A stretch of 63,226 bases of DNA, the filler included, from Nemertoderma westbladi (lineage: Eukaryota; Animalia; Xenacoelomorpha), in the NCBI GenBank assembly GCA_032718475.1. It is 4 parts of 4 records of this genome, joined end to end, with 100 filler letters (N's around TTAATTAATTAA, not from the genome) between each part and the next. Parts side by side here need not be neighbours in the genome. Positions count along the whole stretch, not along the records: positions 1 to 19,621 come from JAUCBJ010002043.1; 3 more parts are not named here. The stretch is one strand, 5' to 3'. The notes under the pieces were generated by a model that saw nothing but the letters and a program-made list of their open reading frames with translations, had not been told where the DNA came from and ran no database searches. Positions 1 through 14,443 of this stretch are shown here, one piece after another; positions within the stretch are counted from its first letter, which is position 1, and each line of letters begins with the position of its first letter. The position numbers were made by a program, and so were the translations under genes.

Positions 1-1159
1 TTCCGTTTTGGAGTACGCCGCGCAGACAATAAAGTAGCAATAACTTTTGAGTGTGTCAATGGATTTTGTTCAAAATTACGTGCAAACCTTTTTTTCACCT
101 CGATGCTTTTTCAACAACAATTTAAGAAATTCCGCCAAAAATATTGTATTTTACTATTTTCACCGGGAAAAAAAGTAAAATCAATGCATTCCTATGGGAA
201 ACGTTTTTTCCCTAGGGAAAAAGTGCAACTTTTTCTCCCGGTTTTGGGTATATCCGAGCGAAAAGTAACAATTTAAGAATAAAGCTTTACTTACTTTCTG
301 TAATTTTTTGATTAAGAGACACATTTACTGTAATTAAATTAATATAAAAATAACAGCTACTGTACTAACAATGTTACTAACAATAATTAAAATAACGATA
401 AATTAATATCAATTAAATAATGAAATCGTCCATTATGTAAAGAAAAATATTTTGAAAACAAACGAACATTTTATAAAAATATTTTCCTACTCTGTAGTTC
501 GTTTTCGTGTCGTAAAGTTTAAAAATAAGCCGAATCTAAGGAATGAACTTTATGTGATATGAAAATGAATGTTCCTCAAAAGTGGTAGTTCCGCTGTTCC
601 GCGTTTTTAAAGAGGTTATTCCACAGAGTGTGACTGAAAACCCTTATATAAAAAAAGATACCACAAACGCACAAATCTCGATTCGATAAAATTATGCCGG
701 TAGCAAAAATAAATGAGCACTTGCGACAATATTGCCCAAAACCAAATGACGCAGAGAAACTGAGAGTTTCATTTATAAACGTTACAAAAATCGATAATGT
801 TGTTACTGCGTTCGGTTCCGAAGACTGAGATGTAGGCAGTATAATTCACTGCCTCGAATTATGTTCAGTTCCAAACGCAAAGGTTTAGAATAACTCCGTT
901 TTCTCCAGCAATTAATCAGCGGACAAAATGGTTTGAGGGATATAAAAATCAATCTTTATAACACATAAAGTTCATCAAGCGATCGGCATTAGTTGCACTG
1001 CCCTCACAAAGATTGTCTGTTCGATTTCATTTCCTGCTATTTACTAAATGCCTTCTCTGCAAATTTATTGCGTTGAACATCTGCTGTTCTTAACTCATCA
1101 TGTTCGAAGCAGAGGGAGGGCAACTGGACGTAAATCCCATCTCGGAGAATTAATATTCG

Positions 1160-1318
1160 TCTCAATGTTAAATGCTCAATTAAGGGAAGGGAGCAGGTTA
1201 CAATGACGAGTTATTCTAACCAAAACAATAAACCAAGGTCTATACAGGTTTTTTAATTTTGAGAGAAATCAGCTGCTATTTGCGTCCCGTGGTGAGAGAT
1301 GAATTTTGATTGCGTCGA
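1160..1318 (+). repeat. Dispersed repeat family copy (GGAGCAGGTTACA...CTAACCAAAACAATAAAC...TTGCGTCGA core)
   Basis: Same ordered motifs recur at about 8553-8680, 24430-24597, 40850-40915, 46250-46360 and, reverse-complemented, at 59095-59425 and 60270-60330. Confidence 0.7.
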
Positions 1319-3893
1319 GCCACCCCCCCCCCCCCTCCCCTCCACCTATCTGCATGTGCAGTAGGCTATCTGTATCTGTAAAAATGCTGTTATTGTCGTT
1401 ATACCTACCTACCATAGTTTATTTGTGAGCTGGAAAGCAAATCGAATTTGTGTAGCTTTATAAGACTCTTAATAATAATGTAGCTAAATTAATATATTGT
1501 GGTTAAATTATGGCCTCCTATAATATATTAAAGTATATTAATTATAGGTTATACAGTTAAGGAGGGGCCAGATAGGGAAGGATGAGGGGGGGGGGGGGGG
1601 GACGAAATCAAAATTCATCAATCCCCAGTGGAAAATCTACGTAAATAACAGCTTATTTAACAAATAGTGTTTTACAGCGCAAATTTATTTATAAACTTTA
1701 TAACTTGTACAGATACTACTGATTCGTTTATGTGCAGTAGTGTAACATTTATTGTGATGCTGTACAGTAGTGTGTAGAGCTACACTAAGTACCGGTGAGG
1801 TGTAGGCTACTCGGTAGGTGTACGAATACGTGAATGTAGGTTATTATGTAGAAATACGATACATATGATTAATATTTAATTTAAAAAATAATCATTGAAT
1901 AATATAATGCGTGAATGTAGCGTTTTTTAAACGTACTTATAATAAATATTCTACCTACTGTAGAACTGGGATCAATATTGTGGTGAGCTAATTGATACAG
2001 CACGCGTACTCCTTCGACGCAAGTTCAGCTGTCACCAAATCGATGAAAAATGTTGGGTAATTAGGGTCGTAAATCACAAGGGTATAACCGTTACCGAGGC
2101 TGTCACCACAGTATACTGCAATAATTACTTTGAAACAATACACTCCAACACACCAACATTACAGTGTAACATTGTTCCTTACCAATAATCGTAATTATGT
2201 TGCTTGTTATTAATAATGATGTAATGTTTCCAGTGTTGGAAACGTCCTCTAACTATGTTTGCTTAAAATTTGGTGTCAGAACGAATTTTTTTAAATCAAT
2301 TATATAGTATCATCTTGTGTCTTGTGCTACACGGGTTTATGATGGCACTGAATCCGATGGAGTGAATAAGAACAGCACTGGACATCTCAAACTTTATTTT
2401 GGTGATGTGTGCGAAATTTGGTGCTATCGCCAAAATATATTGGTATTGGTATTAGGCCTAGGTGGGATAAATATTTCTCCATTTGACGCAACACCGCCGC
2501 GGCCGCTATGAGGGAGGTGAATACCGCGGCCGCTCCTAAAGCCGCAGGCCATCGCTAACTATATAGGTTAACTTGGGATTCTGGGGGACTTTTCGATGAA
2601 GGAACAGACCAAATTTTTTTATTTTCTCACCAGGGGAGCGGCTCGGAATTCTAAGATATTAGCAACTCTAACATTATTAAATCTAACCCTTCGACGGACA
2701 CGGCGGACAAAAATCCGTCATTTTTTCGACAATTTTAAAATTTTTTTGAAAGGCGCTCTACAGTGGCTCGAAAAAACCCTAGGTTATTGCTTAGCCGACG
2801 CCGGGATACGATAGAAGGGATTAATTAGTGAATTCGTTTTTTTTTTCAAAAAAGATTACCACGCCTTTTTTCGAAAATGTCCGTCAAAGTTGAAAAAACG
2901 GACGAAATGACTTTGCGGGATCCACCATAACTCGGCTAATATTAATCGTACGGGGACGAAAGTAACGCGGTTGGAAAGGGGAAGAGTGGTACTACCTTCG
3001 TATCGAATGGGGTAAGATATTTATTAAAATTTCGGGTGGAAAAAGGGGCTGTAAATTTGTACGTTTTTGTCCGTCTTTTTTGGAAAACTTATTTCCGAAA
3101 TGTTTAATTCGACAACGCGGGTAGGAATCCACTAATTCTTTTATGAAACTCGTAGAAGACCATTGGGGCTACGTTCCTATCGAATGGGGGTACAAAAAAT
3201 ATGTCAGCAATAGGGGCCAAAAAGGGCCAGAATTTGTAAAGTAGTTTTTATCGAATATTTTTTTATTTTTAACTTTAGTTGGTTAAGGTACATTCTATAC
3301 AGTCAATATCCATACGGGGAATTCAAATATGCTATCGGTTTTGCTCCAAGGATGATATTAAAAAAATGAGGGCCAAAATTATAATTTCGCGCTTCAAACT
3401 TGCTTCGCGGGAAATCGTCTAGCTCGAAAACTACTTAACTTACGGGAGATTTGTTTACACAGACTTATAGTGCGTTAAATTATCTATCTAACAGCGTTAA
3501 TCACAGCGCCGGAGGTATTATAAAACTGGAGCGGCAGGCGATCGTGTGAAATATAATATTTATAAAAAGGGACGAAACATTTTTTTTTTAACAAATCGCT
3601 ATTCCATTATAATTTAGCGTATTGCGCCAAAAGTACCTGTAAAAAGTATCAAATTAACTCCGCTATCTTTTATCTTAACATATATAATTAAAATTACGAA
3701 TTTTAAGGGTCGAAAAATATCGCGTTATTTTGGCCCTTTTTTTTATTTTTTTGGGGCCAAAAATAACCCCTTCTCAAAAGATTAAGAAAAAAATTACGGC
3801 AAAGAATATACCAATTTTATTGAATTTGGACCACCAGAACCGAAGTTAGAGCGATTTTAGTGAAAAAATAAAAATAATTTTTTAAAATAAGAA

Positions 3894-3967
3894 TGGTCAA
3901 TATTGGATTTCGAACCCGCGAACTTCGGTTTCATTAACGTGATTGATAACCACTAGACTATGTGACC
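3894..3967 (-). pseudogene. tRNA-like sequence (pseudo-tRNA or SINE head)
   Basis: Minus strand reads GGTCACATAGTCTAGTGGTTA...GCGGGTTCGAAATCC...TGACCA: A box, B box and GGTCA/TGACC acceptor ends, but the anticodon arm does not pair. Confidence 0.5.
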
Positions 3968-6900
3968 AAGAGAATTTGAAATTTTCGAGTGACTATTTTT
4001 AAACATCAATAACTTCGGTTCTACAGGGCCGTTTAATCTGAAACTTTTTTCATTGCATAGAGGATAGATTGTAGTGTGTGAAATAGGATAAAACATGGGA
4101 AAAGACTTATGTGCACTAAGTGCAAAATGCACTTAAATAGCGAACATTTTTTCGATAGTTCAAACACTATTATTTCCAGTTCTATTCATCGTAGAATGTT
4201 ATTTTTTCGATTAAAATGTAGTTTGGAATGATTTCTAACTATAATCGTAACATTTGTTTAACTTTTTATGTCTATAAAGTGCCTTAAAATGTCCATGAAT
4301 ATGGACCAAAATCGCTAATATCGAGATTTATTAAATTGGATTTTTGACACTTTTAGTGACTGACACTTGATCATACACCATCGTAGATCGGTAGAGGATA
4401 AACATAAGTTTGTTAAATAAGAGCCACCATTACGATCTGCTAAAGTGCACTTGTACAAATAAGTGTGCAAAAGTGCAAATTTTTTAATAAGGTCAAATTA
4501 TATAGTATTGGGTTCTTTTCTTTGCAGATACTTTATTTTCATATTAATATGTTGTTTGAACCTTACTGAGCGCATTAGGGGATATGCGTACAAAAATAAC
4601 CGGCCCTTATGAGGCTTCGATTGGGTAAATTAATAAAACATAAGGTTGTATAGTATAATATTCTAAAAACCAGTGTGATATGAAATGCACTTTAAATAAT
4701 AAATAGAGATCAAATAACAAATGGACCACACAATTAAAAACTCGCACAATTTTGTACTTATTATATCGCTTCAAATTAATTCAACAGTGGATATTTGGGG
4801 GAAGGGGGAAGTTACAGTGCGCATTCGGGGGAAGTTTGGTGAACTGCATTTATGCAGTGAATCCAAACTCCCCCTTTGAGATATCATATACTTAAGACAT
4901 GCTAGGGTGACTGGGAAATATTTGTTACTGTCACACTTTGCTTCCATTTATCCTATCCTTTATTATTACCCCAGTCAGATAAGAGATAATAAATCATTAA
5001 AAACTAAACTAAACTGTCTTTCATGCAAACAAATTTCTAATTAAAGACGAGTGAATGACCATGACTCTCGAAATAATTTTAAATATAATCGTATATCAAC
5101 TATTTGGGGAGGCTTCCAAACCCGAAAACAATTATTTCGTTACATATAATATAGTAAATAACGTTGTATGTTCTTCTTCCTCTCATAATAAAATATATAT
5201 AAAATATCTCTGATCGCTGTGCCCTGAACATTTCACAACCAAAATGTTTCAGTGTGAAAAGTGTAGGCCTACCACACTCCGCCCAAACAACCGCAAACGC
5301 ATAGCCAACAAATTTAACAAAAGGTTACATACATGTTGGGTTCATGACGAGATGAGTGAAAATTGATCGCATAATATAAAGTAAAAAATTGAGAGTCGGG
5401 CCTGGCTCTTCTCCACTTTCTTACCCAATGGATATGTTGTTGTTATAATCCAATATTGGGGCGGCTTTCTCTCGGTATTAGGTATAAGTATTACGCCGGA
5501 AAATACGAGTGATTTAGAAATGTATTTAATTAAATAATATATTATAGTAAAATTCGAAATCCACAGTATCACACTGCTACATGTTTATGTCATCAGTAAC
5601 TGTTCTTGAATTCTAATGTACACTATATAACATGTTAAAGTTCACATACAATTACAATAAGGAGTATTATATTTAATTGTTACGTTATTTAGGCAGGTCT
5701 TTTAATAAATACTTGCAATATTTTTATTTATTTCTCATAAGATTACGATAGACAGAGATATATATGATATCGCGAAATTATAATTGCAAGTTATATAATT
5801 AAATTGATTTTGAAATAGGCCTATTTGATGTCCGCTGTGGGGCATTATTAAATACGAAAGTTTGTGCTAACAACATGAAATACGGTTTAGTCACCTCCAG
5901 GTGTATGTATGCTACTCGTGTTGTGTTGTTTATCTGTGTATGTCGGATTTCCAATTTTGGAGACTAAGAGACTGCGAGAATTCCTTTGAACTAAAACTTG
6001 GTAGACAAAAATCGGCAAATGGGTAAAAGGTCTCCGCAAGTGGGCGCTACAATAATTGTCTAAACAATTTCAAGATAAATAACGAAAAAGGCTGTAAGAA
6101 TTTCACTAAAACTGACAAAGTAATGAAATTTAATTAATTGTTGTGTTCCTACCTACCAATGTTATGATGGTTCATATTGTTAATTATACCATCAACATTA
6201 ATGCCAATAAATATTAATCTGAAATAAACACATAAATTAAATATGTAATTTAGACACTCACCTCATAATACCACATTATCGAGAAAAACATATGAAACGA
6301 AAAAAGTTTAGCCAACAGAGACAATAATATAAAAAACAATTTAATTGGAGATAATATAATTAGAAAACATTTTAAACAATTAAAATGGTTATATCTTCCT
6401 TACTTATAATTTAGACAGTTTGGCGCCTGATCGCGCATAGATCGTGTGAAACAGTTTAGCTAAACGCGTAGCATATTATAACGCCCTGGCCGTAGCAAAT
6501 CGCCAACCAATTACCTTACCACCAATAACCTCCAAGCAACCAAAAACACTCTAGTTTGGCACCTCCGTAACAATAGCCTGGCCCCGTAAGGTCTATGTTT
6601 ATCAGGCACCCCATCTACGCATTATTGCCCACTACGGAACTGTAAACCATGCATTATTTAATCCCGAACAATAACAGCTAGGCAAAGCATTTAGCCCGAA
6701 ACGCCGTAGGTAGGTTGTACTTGAAGGCCTACCCCCATCAGCGCCAGTTTTCACACTTTTCATGGGGCCATTAATTGCTGCCTTTGATGGGAGGTTTTAA
6801 GTAGCCAGTGTTCGCGTGAATGGTGGCCCTCATCTACCATTAGTGTGAGCCTGTGGGCTAATTTATAGCTCTATTATCCACGGGAAGTGGCCGACCAAAT

Positions 6901-8221
6901 AGGCCATTGTGTCGGAGATGGTACGTGTTGTGTTACGATTTATTAGCCATTATAGTTGCAGGCCTGTCGCAGAGCAAATATTGTGAAAATCCATCTCTAA
7001 AAAGTCCACTTGAATTGCACTTACGTTAACTAGTTCTCCTTGAATTCCAACGGTTTCTCTAATAATTCTAACTCGATGGTTTCATACGTTTGAATTGAAA
7101 TAATTTACTGTCGGCATCTCAACATACAATAATTTCAACTAACACGGAAATATAAGAGATTATCGTTAAGTAAATTAACGACCTAATTTAGTTTTAACAA
7201 TGTTAACAATGAATTTACATTATTTCCCAACCTTTGGGACGATTGCTGTTCCAGATAGTACTGGAATTTGAATGCAGTACTGGAATTTTGTTAAATAATT
7301 TTTTTTATTAAAAAAATAATCGCCATAAACGTTCATTCTTAATTAAGTGGAGTACTCAGGAATCAATTTAATAAATTGTGAAGTAATTTGTTAATTTATT
7401 AGCAGTTCCATTCCAGTCCGCCACGATACAAATACGTTGCTGGGCGCAAACTTAAGAGATACTGTGTTGGATTAGTAAATTTGCATTACTGTATTAGGAT
7501 TTGTTGAATTTTGTTAATTTTTTTATGATTTTCCAAGGTAGACCGCAGTAAAGATAGATATTGTTGTCATAAGTTTGCTCGATAACATGACAATGGACAT
7601 GATGGACAAGCACCTCGAAAGATACATTTTGTCAAAACACTGTTTGTTTCACTTTCGAAATGTTCCTATGATAAAAAGCACTTCTAACCATTGAAATTTG
7701 TTTATCATATGAGTATCAAAGATAGCACCAATTTTACGCTCAGAATGCGTTAGCGGAATATTAGTTTCCAATGGTTATGCTAGACGGTCTCGCTACCTCT
7801 ACCGAACTTGAAAACTTTGGATTGCAGCATAAATATTTCTGTCTTGCCCGAATTCATCTTTAGATGCGGTTACTGAGAGCGCATTAGTCACATCTAATGG
7901 CTTGAAAGCGATATACAATTGATTATAGAACCAACCATCAGATTCATCTGTAATTTGGTAGGAGTGACCTGAGCATTGTGAATAATGAAATTCTACGCAC
8001 AGACAGACTGTAGGTAGACACCCCCCCCCCCCCCCCCCCCCCTGGGACCACACGATTATAGAGTTTCATGCCGTACAAAACGAAATAATATATTGTGAGT
8101 ATAAGATTGATATGGTAACATTTTAATGAGAAATATAACGACAATCATTAATTTAGCACAGTAATTAGTATGATTACATTATCTAGCGATTATTAGTTAA
8201 TTAATAAATTGAGTTCTTAAA

Positions 8222-9628
8222 CTATTTGGGGAGGATGAAACAGGCAATCCCTTCAGACACGTATCCATGTTTACCGGAGGTACCCGGTGATGTTGTACCG
8301 ATCTCGGCCGAATCCGTCGTGTAGAAGTGATCCGTGATCGAGGCCTTCCAGTAGCGGTACAGCGGGATCGTACCCTCGACCTGGAACTCGTCGCAGTAAC
8401 CGGCGATGCCTTCACTCACGTAGCCGTGGTTACCGGTGGTACCCGCGGTAGTGGTGCCGATTTCGGCGGCGTTTGTCGTGTAGAAGTGGTCTGTACCGGA
8501 TCCCTGAGGAAAAACGGATTAATTAATTATAACAATTAGTGGATTAATATGTCCTCTCACATGTTAAATCAATTAACGGAAATGGCGATGTTACAATGGC
8601 ACTTCATTCTAACCAAGACACTAAACTAAACTCAATAGAACATGTTACCGTTTTATTTTTGTGAGTAATTACCTGTTATGATAAATACTTTGGTTCTGTT
8701 GTGTTTTAGTTAATTGATTTTTCATTCATAAAGTATAGGATCCGGTCTTAATCACTGAAACCCGGCGAAAAAAGTTGAAATAATCGGCAACACCAATACT
8801 GTTCAAGTTTAATAGCAATGCTAGTGGAATTCCGAAAAGCAAAAAGGTGAAATAAAAAAAAAATATATATAGATATGTATAATAATAAAGAAATGTAGTT
8901 AGTTTTCTTTGAAATTCAGTGAGAGTGGCCTCGGGTATTTGAAATATCAGTGAGAGTGGCCTCGGGTAAAGAAATTGATGTATATAGTAACATAAGTGAC
9001 GTATAGTAACAGTGTCAAACCTTGGGAGTAAAGCACTTGTTGCCCATCTTAACATTGGATGAATCTAGCCTTCACTTACCTTATAGTATCTGTACAAAGG
9101 AACTGTATACTCGTGCTCCTCTACGTAGATTCTCCCCTGGTAGCCCTCGGACGTGTAGCCATGGTTACCAGTTTCCCCTGGGGTTGTGGTGCCGATCTCC
9201 TGAACGTTGGTGGTATAAAAGTGGTCGTTGTTGCCCCAGTAACGGTAGAAAGGCACTGCAATAAATTTAGCCGAGTTAAAAGTATTAAGAGTTAGCAGTG
9301 CTACATTTGTAGCAATAATACACCATACCAATACCCAACCTTCTTATGGCTCTGTATATGACTATTTAAAGAAATTTAAATCATTACGAATTTAAACAAA
9401 GTTAAAAAAAGGCGATATAACTACAGTGCGGTCCAAAGCCAACCAGAACTACACGATCCAAAGGCCTCACTCACAAGGCCATCATTATAGCTTTAGACTA
9501 CCGGTAGCAAAATTTTAAAAATAAAATGTTCTGTGTGTAATAAATAAACCAAACCGAAACCTACCTGCTAGAGCAGAAGCGTATCCAATAGCAATAGCTA
9601 TAACAGTGACTACAAGTAATAACTTCAT
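8222..9628 (-). CDS. Secreted 173-aa protein with three ~50-aa DUF5648-like repeats; exons 9628-9565, 9255-9080, 8503-8222
   Basis: Signal peptide MKLLLVVTVIAIAIGYASALA; GT-AG introns with matching phases (GCAG/GTAGGT...TTGCAG/TG; AAG/GTAAGT...CCTCAG/GGA); three repeats P(F/L)YRY-x-DHFYTT-x-EIGTT-x-G(N/K)HGY-x-SEG. Confidence 0.88.
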
Positions 9629-10866
9629 TGTCGATTGTGGAGTAAGGCCTAAATAAATTAATAATTTAGTTTTATAATTTATTTTAATTAAAGAAATTTG
9701 CATATAACAGCCCAAAAATATATACATATAGACCAATTCTATAAAGACTGAGAGCCAGAATTGTATATGGGTTGGGTAAGCAATTCATACGCGCTTATCC
9801 CATTCCATATGACTAGAACATAAATTAATTCAGTAATTACTTGCAGTACTAATTTGATATAATTATATCTGTTCGATCAATTTTACCCTACAAATATTAA
9901 TACAAATAATCAAGTAATGTAATGTGATGATTACGCGGGTGAATTTGTAATTAAAATTAACGTACGTCAAAATTTGTTGTAAACAAATCCATTTAAATAG
10001 ATAGGCCTACGACAGAAAATACAATTTTATGCTTTATTTAAATCTTTACAACAGCATTTATTGAAAAAGCAAACATGCCAAACAAATTTTGAAACAAAAA
10101 ATGTATGCTAAATAATTAATATTAGTATACCGGTAAAGGTACGTACAATAAACACTATCGCAGTGACAAAATTATTTTTCTTTTAAAATTTGTAAAAGTA
10201 ACTTACCTTTCTGTTATATGGAATTTTACAAGTTGCAAGACAGGAAATTTCAAGGATAGGCCTACAAAACAAATTATTAATAAACGAATAATGGTGACTA
10301 GCGCTAAAGATATAATGATGGGAGATTCGAGGTGGTATAAACTTAATAGTAAGTTTCTAACAGCTGAATAGCACCGAACAGGCAATCACAGTTAATTAGC
10401 CAATGAGGCCACATATTACTCTTCTATATAAGGCCTGTGATACGTATGATAAATGATAAGGTGATAACAATTTATATTTAAATCATGTAGCCATTCGTTG
10501 ACCTTTGCCACAAAATATATTGCTAAATCGGATCTACAGTGGGCCGTATTGTAATCTATGCAACATGCACTGGCATTGGTAGATTCAGCCTCACAGTGCC
10601 GGCCGGCTTTATCACTATGTACCTATACAAAGGGATGTGGACACAACACCAACGTTTTATTAAGGGAGGAGGGCACCCCCTCCACCTTTGAGCCTATCAT
10701 ACCGACAACCATAAGAATTATTGCATAAAAAATATATTAAAATGCTGCATAAATTCAAAACTAAAAAATAAATCCACTCGCTTCGCTCGCGTTTGTGTAA
10801 ATCGCACAATTGAATTTCCTTGATCTCTCACTTTAAGAATAAATACAATAATTATGGAATGATGAA

Positions 10867-12858
10867 GTGCATATTATAAATCGCATGGGATATGGGCTCG
10901 AATTCACTCATAAAGTTTTACATGACAAAGTTTCATTGATTTTTGACACCGGTGGTTACACCATGGAACAGGTTGATAAGTATGTGGATGACATCTTTGT
11001 CAATGAAGATTTAATAAGTGTAACTGAGGTTCGTGCGTTACTATTGTGGTTTGGTTTAGAAAGTAAGGACCCCGAAGGTCCCCAAACAATTTGTCTTTTG
11101 GGAATGAATATTTACCAAGATCCTTGTGGTGTGCTACAGTGGACAAGGAAAGATAAAGATACGTTAGCATTGCCTGGTAGTTTAACCAAACGAGAAATAT
11201 TTTCCTGGTGTGGGAAATTAGTGGTTGTTGTTTACATTGTTTGCATGTGCATGTTTACATGTGTTTGTTTACATGATTCCCATGTTGTTAGTTATATTGG
11301 AGTTTGCTGTGGGTGGTTAAAACGTCTCTGCGACAATGACTGGGATGATCCAGGTAATCATGCTGTGAAAGAACTTGCTGTTGATTTGTATAAATGGTCA
11401 GGGATAACAACACAGTGCGTGGAGTTTTGTCTGTGCAGAACACTATCCATAGTATTGTAGAGTTGTGGGTGGATGCCAGTATAATAGCCAAAGGTGTTGA
11501 GATTGGTGGTAGTGTTGTTGTGGACGCATCCTGGTTACGTAAGGCAAAGGATTTTTGGCATATCAATGTAGCTGAGTTGGATGCATTATTGGGGGGCATT
11601 AATCTCCAAGTAAAGTGGAATTTGGTTTGTAAACATTATGCAATATATACAGACTCTGAAGTAGTGTATAATTGGATGCAACAGATGTTGAAAAACACTG
11701 CAGGTACCACATTGCATTGGCGGAATGTCAGAAGCAGTAGTTAGACGCCGATTGCAAATAATAGAGGAAGTCATTGACAGTTATGATCTAGAATTGACAG
11801 TTAGCAAAGTATCTTCCAAACTGAATAAGGCAGATAAGTTAACGCGGATTCCAGAGCGTTGGTTGGCATAAGATCATTATGCAAGTAAGATTGTGTGGGG
11901 GGTCTTTGCAGCCCTAAGTGATAAAGTGATCCTAAATCAAGAATCCTTGAACAGCAGTATTTAGATACTGTACTAGCGGAAGTGCGAAATACTATTCTGA
12001 ACGGCAGCTGGGGCGATATGTGTAGTGATAACCCATATAGAAACTTATAAAAGCAACTGTCCATAGATCAGAATACAAAGTTATTGGTACGGGAAGTGAA
12101 AGTACCTCCATGTGAAATTGTTACAGTTCCTGTTGTTCCGGAATCTTTACAATTCGCTAGAAAATCGCATTATGATTCATCAAGTGGGCATGCGAGTTGG
12201 GGATTGACTAGGGAGAAACTCAGAAGGGTTTGTTATTTCACATGTATGTGTATGTGTATGTGTCAACAGTTTATTAGCAATTGTAAATCGTGTTATCTCG
12301 CGAGTGTTTAACGTTATATCAGTAGTTTATCTTCAGACCGTACAGTCATTGCAGATAAGCCCTGGCAAGTTGTTTACGTAAACACTCTCAAAGCTGATAA
12401 TCGGTATATCTTAGTAATGGTCGATTTTTTGACTAAGTGGATAGAAGTAGATGTTGAAATCATTGAAAGCTGGTGATGTTGCTGATGCGTTTCTAGACAA
12501 ATGCATTTTATGGGGACCACCTGATACCTGAAGTCGTAAGGATTGATAAAGGGAGTGAGTTTGTCAATGGAATTATTGAGAGTATCTGGAAAGTTTTTAA
12601 AATTAAAGCAAGCATGGCGCAGTAGGTAATCCCCGAAGTCAGGGGGATGTGGAACGTTGTCATGGAACCATTTTGACAATATTACGGAAAATTATCAGTG
12701 ATGAATCTGACAATTCTTGGGAAACAAAGATTAAGTGGGCTCTTCATGCTTACAGGAACCATCCAACCACCACCATGGGTATTTCCCCAATGAGAGAAAT
12801 TGTGGCTGGGAGGGTCAGCAGGTAAATTGTGGTTCTATGAATGGTTACAGTTGTAACA
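10867..12858 (+). mobile_element. Decayed Ty3/Gypsy-type LTR retrotransposon pol, 5' part (RT, RNase H, integrase)
   Basis: YVDD RT motif, RNase H motifs LWVDAS / HINVAEL / IYTDS, integrase H-GH-CxxC zinc finger and ILVMVDFLTKWIE / IDKGSEF core, in RT-RH-IN order with stops and frameshifts; no LTR found. Confidence 0.85.
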
Positions 12859-14443
12859 CGTTCGTGGGCCTTCGCGCAGCACGAGGCCCAGTTATGAGAT
12901 ACAAATTAAAATTGAGCGACTGTATCACAAAATCAGGTTTTGAGAAATTTACCCACACCACCAATTAATCAAAGAAAGGGGGACAGTACGTGTTCACCCC
13001 TTTTAATCCCCCCCCCCCCCCCCACCCTTCCCAACCACCAATACATAACCGCGACATCTACCACCCACGGAAGGGTAGCACGAACTTATTTCCAATCGCA
13101 CGTTCAATATGCAAAGCCAGGTGGTTTATGGGAATATAATAAACGCAGTACTCGTTTTCATTATAAGCCTCGTTGCGTTCGTCCTGTTTTGTATTTAAAT
13201 ATATTTCTTAAACGCAGGCTAGGACGATCTTTATAATAATAATAACTAGGGATGCGATCAATATGTGAAGCCAGGTGGTTTATATAATAATTTAGTCAAC
13301 GCAGTACTCGTCTTCATTATATGCCTCGTTGCGCTCGTCGCTTGTCCTGTTTTGTCATAAAATACTTTTCCTAAACGCAGACTGACGATCTTTATACAGT
13401 TATAACTATGCGAAGTTTCGAAACTGTGCGGGTAACTGTTGATACATCTATGTCCATCTATATACATATCACACATATGTGGAGATGTGTGATACAACGC
13501 CAACGCATCTTATGCCGATGTAGTAATATGGGTATTGAAATAATATTAAATCAATGTACACTCTTAAAGCTGCAGCGAAAAAATGTAGCTAATTTCCTAG
13601 GTTACATATAAAATAATAATATTATTTTTAAGAACATTAATTTTACTACTTTGCAAAAATTCAATTAAAAAATAACCAGACATATACATTGTGGAATAAA
13701 CTATTTCAGAAGCCTACAACAGCAATGCCATGGATTGTATTTATGTTATTATATCTGTCATTTACCTGAGATAGCAATAGTAGTACTGTAGTAGTCGAAC
13801 GGTTATGCGGCCCGTCCAGCCTATAATAAACACAATGCAGTGATAGTGATAATAATACAACACTTATAGTAGAGTCAATAGGAATTGGAATACAGGAAGG
13901 ATGTTGGGATGTTGGATTTAAAGAATGCTGTCTGGGCTGGAATAGCAATACTGGTTGCCTATTACAATTCCTCTCTGGTTAGTATACAGCCACAACTCCC
14001 AGCTAGCTAGCTCCACACCAGCAGAGACTTGACCAATAATGGGAAGGATTAAATTTGTACTCAATAATTGTGCCGTTTAATTACGTTTAGATCAATTAAA
14101 GACACATTTATTAAAGCAAATCACTTGAACTAATTAAAAACTATAATAGAATGGCGCATGTAGATTACATCTGTATAATTTTGAAGTATAATTATTTAAA
14201 TCTTATACTGTAAAACAATTAATTTCCTTTAAAAGGCAGATTGAAAATGGTGTTTTCACCGCAATCAACTTAATTAACTAATTAACTGCTATTTTCTTAG
14301 CTTCTCGAAGGCCACACGGAAATTCTACTTGGAAAATTTCTAAACTTTTGCCAAACAACATGTGTACCATGTTTGGGTAGATTTCATCAAAGATTGGCCG
14401 AGTTATTAACGTTTAAAATTGAACGCGACAGAACGACAGAACG

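Noticed and set aside
2560-4620. Probable large non-autonomous DNA element (recurrent CGAATGGGG and GGGCCAAAA motifs)
   Set aside because: Could not define termini or a TSD by eye, so not reported as a feature
7600-8020. Coding-like minus-strand stretch (YQITDESDGWFYN...)
   Set aside because: Multiple stops downstream and no recognisable family; cannot be supported
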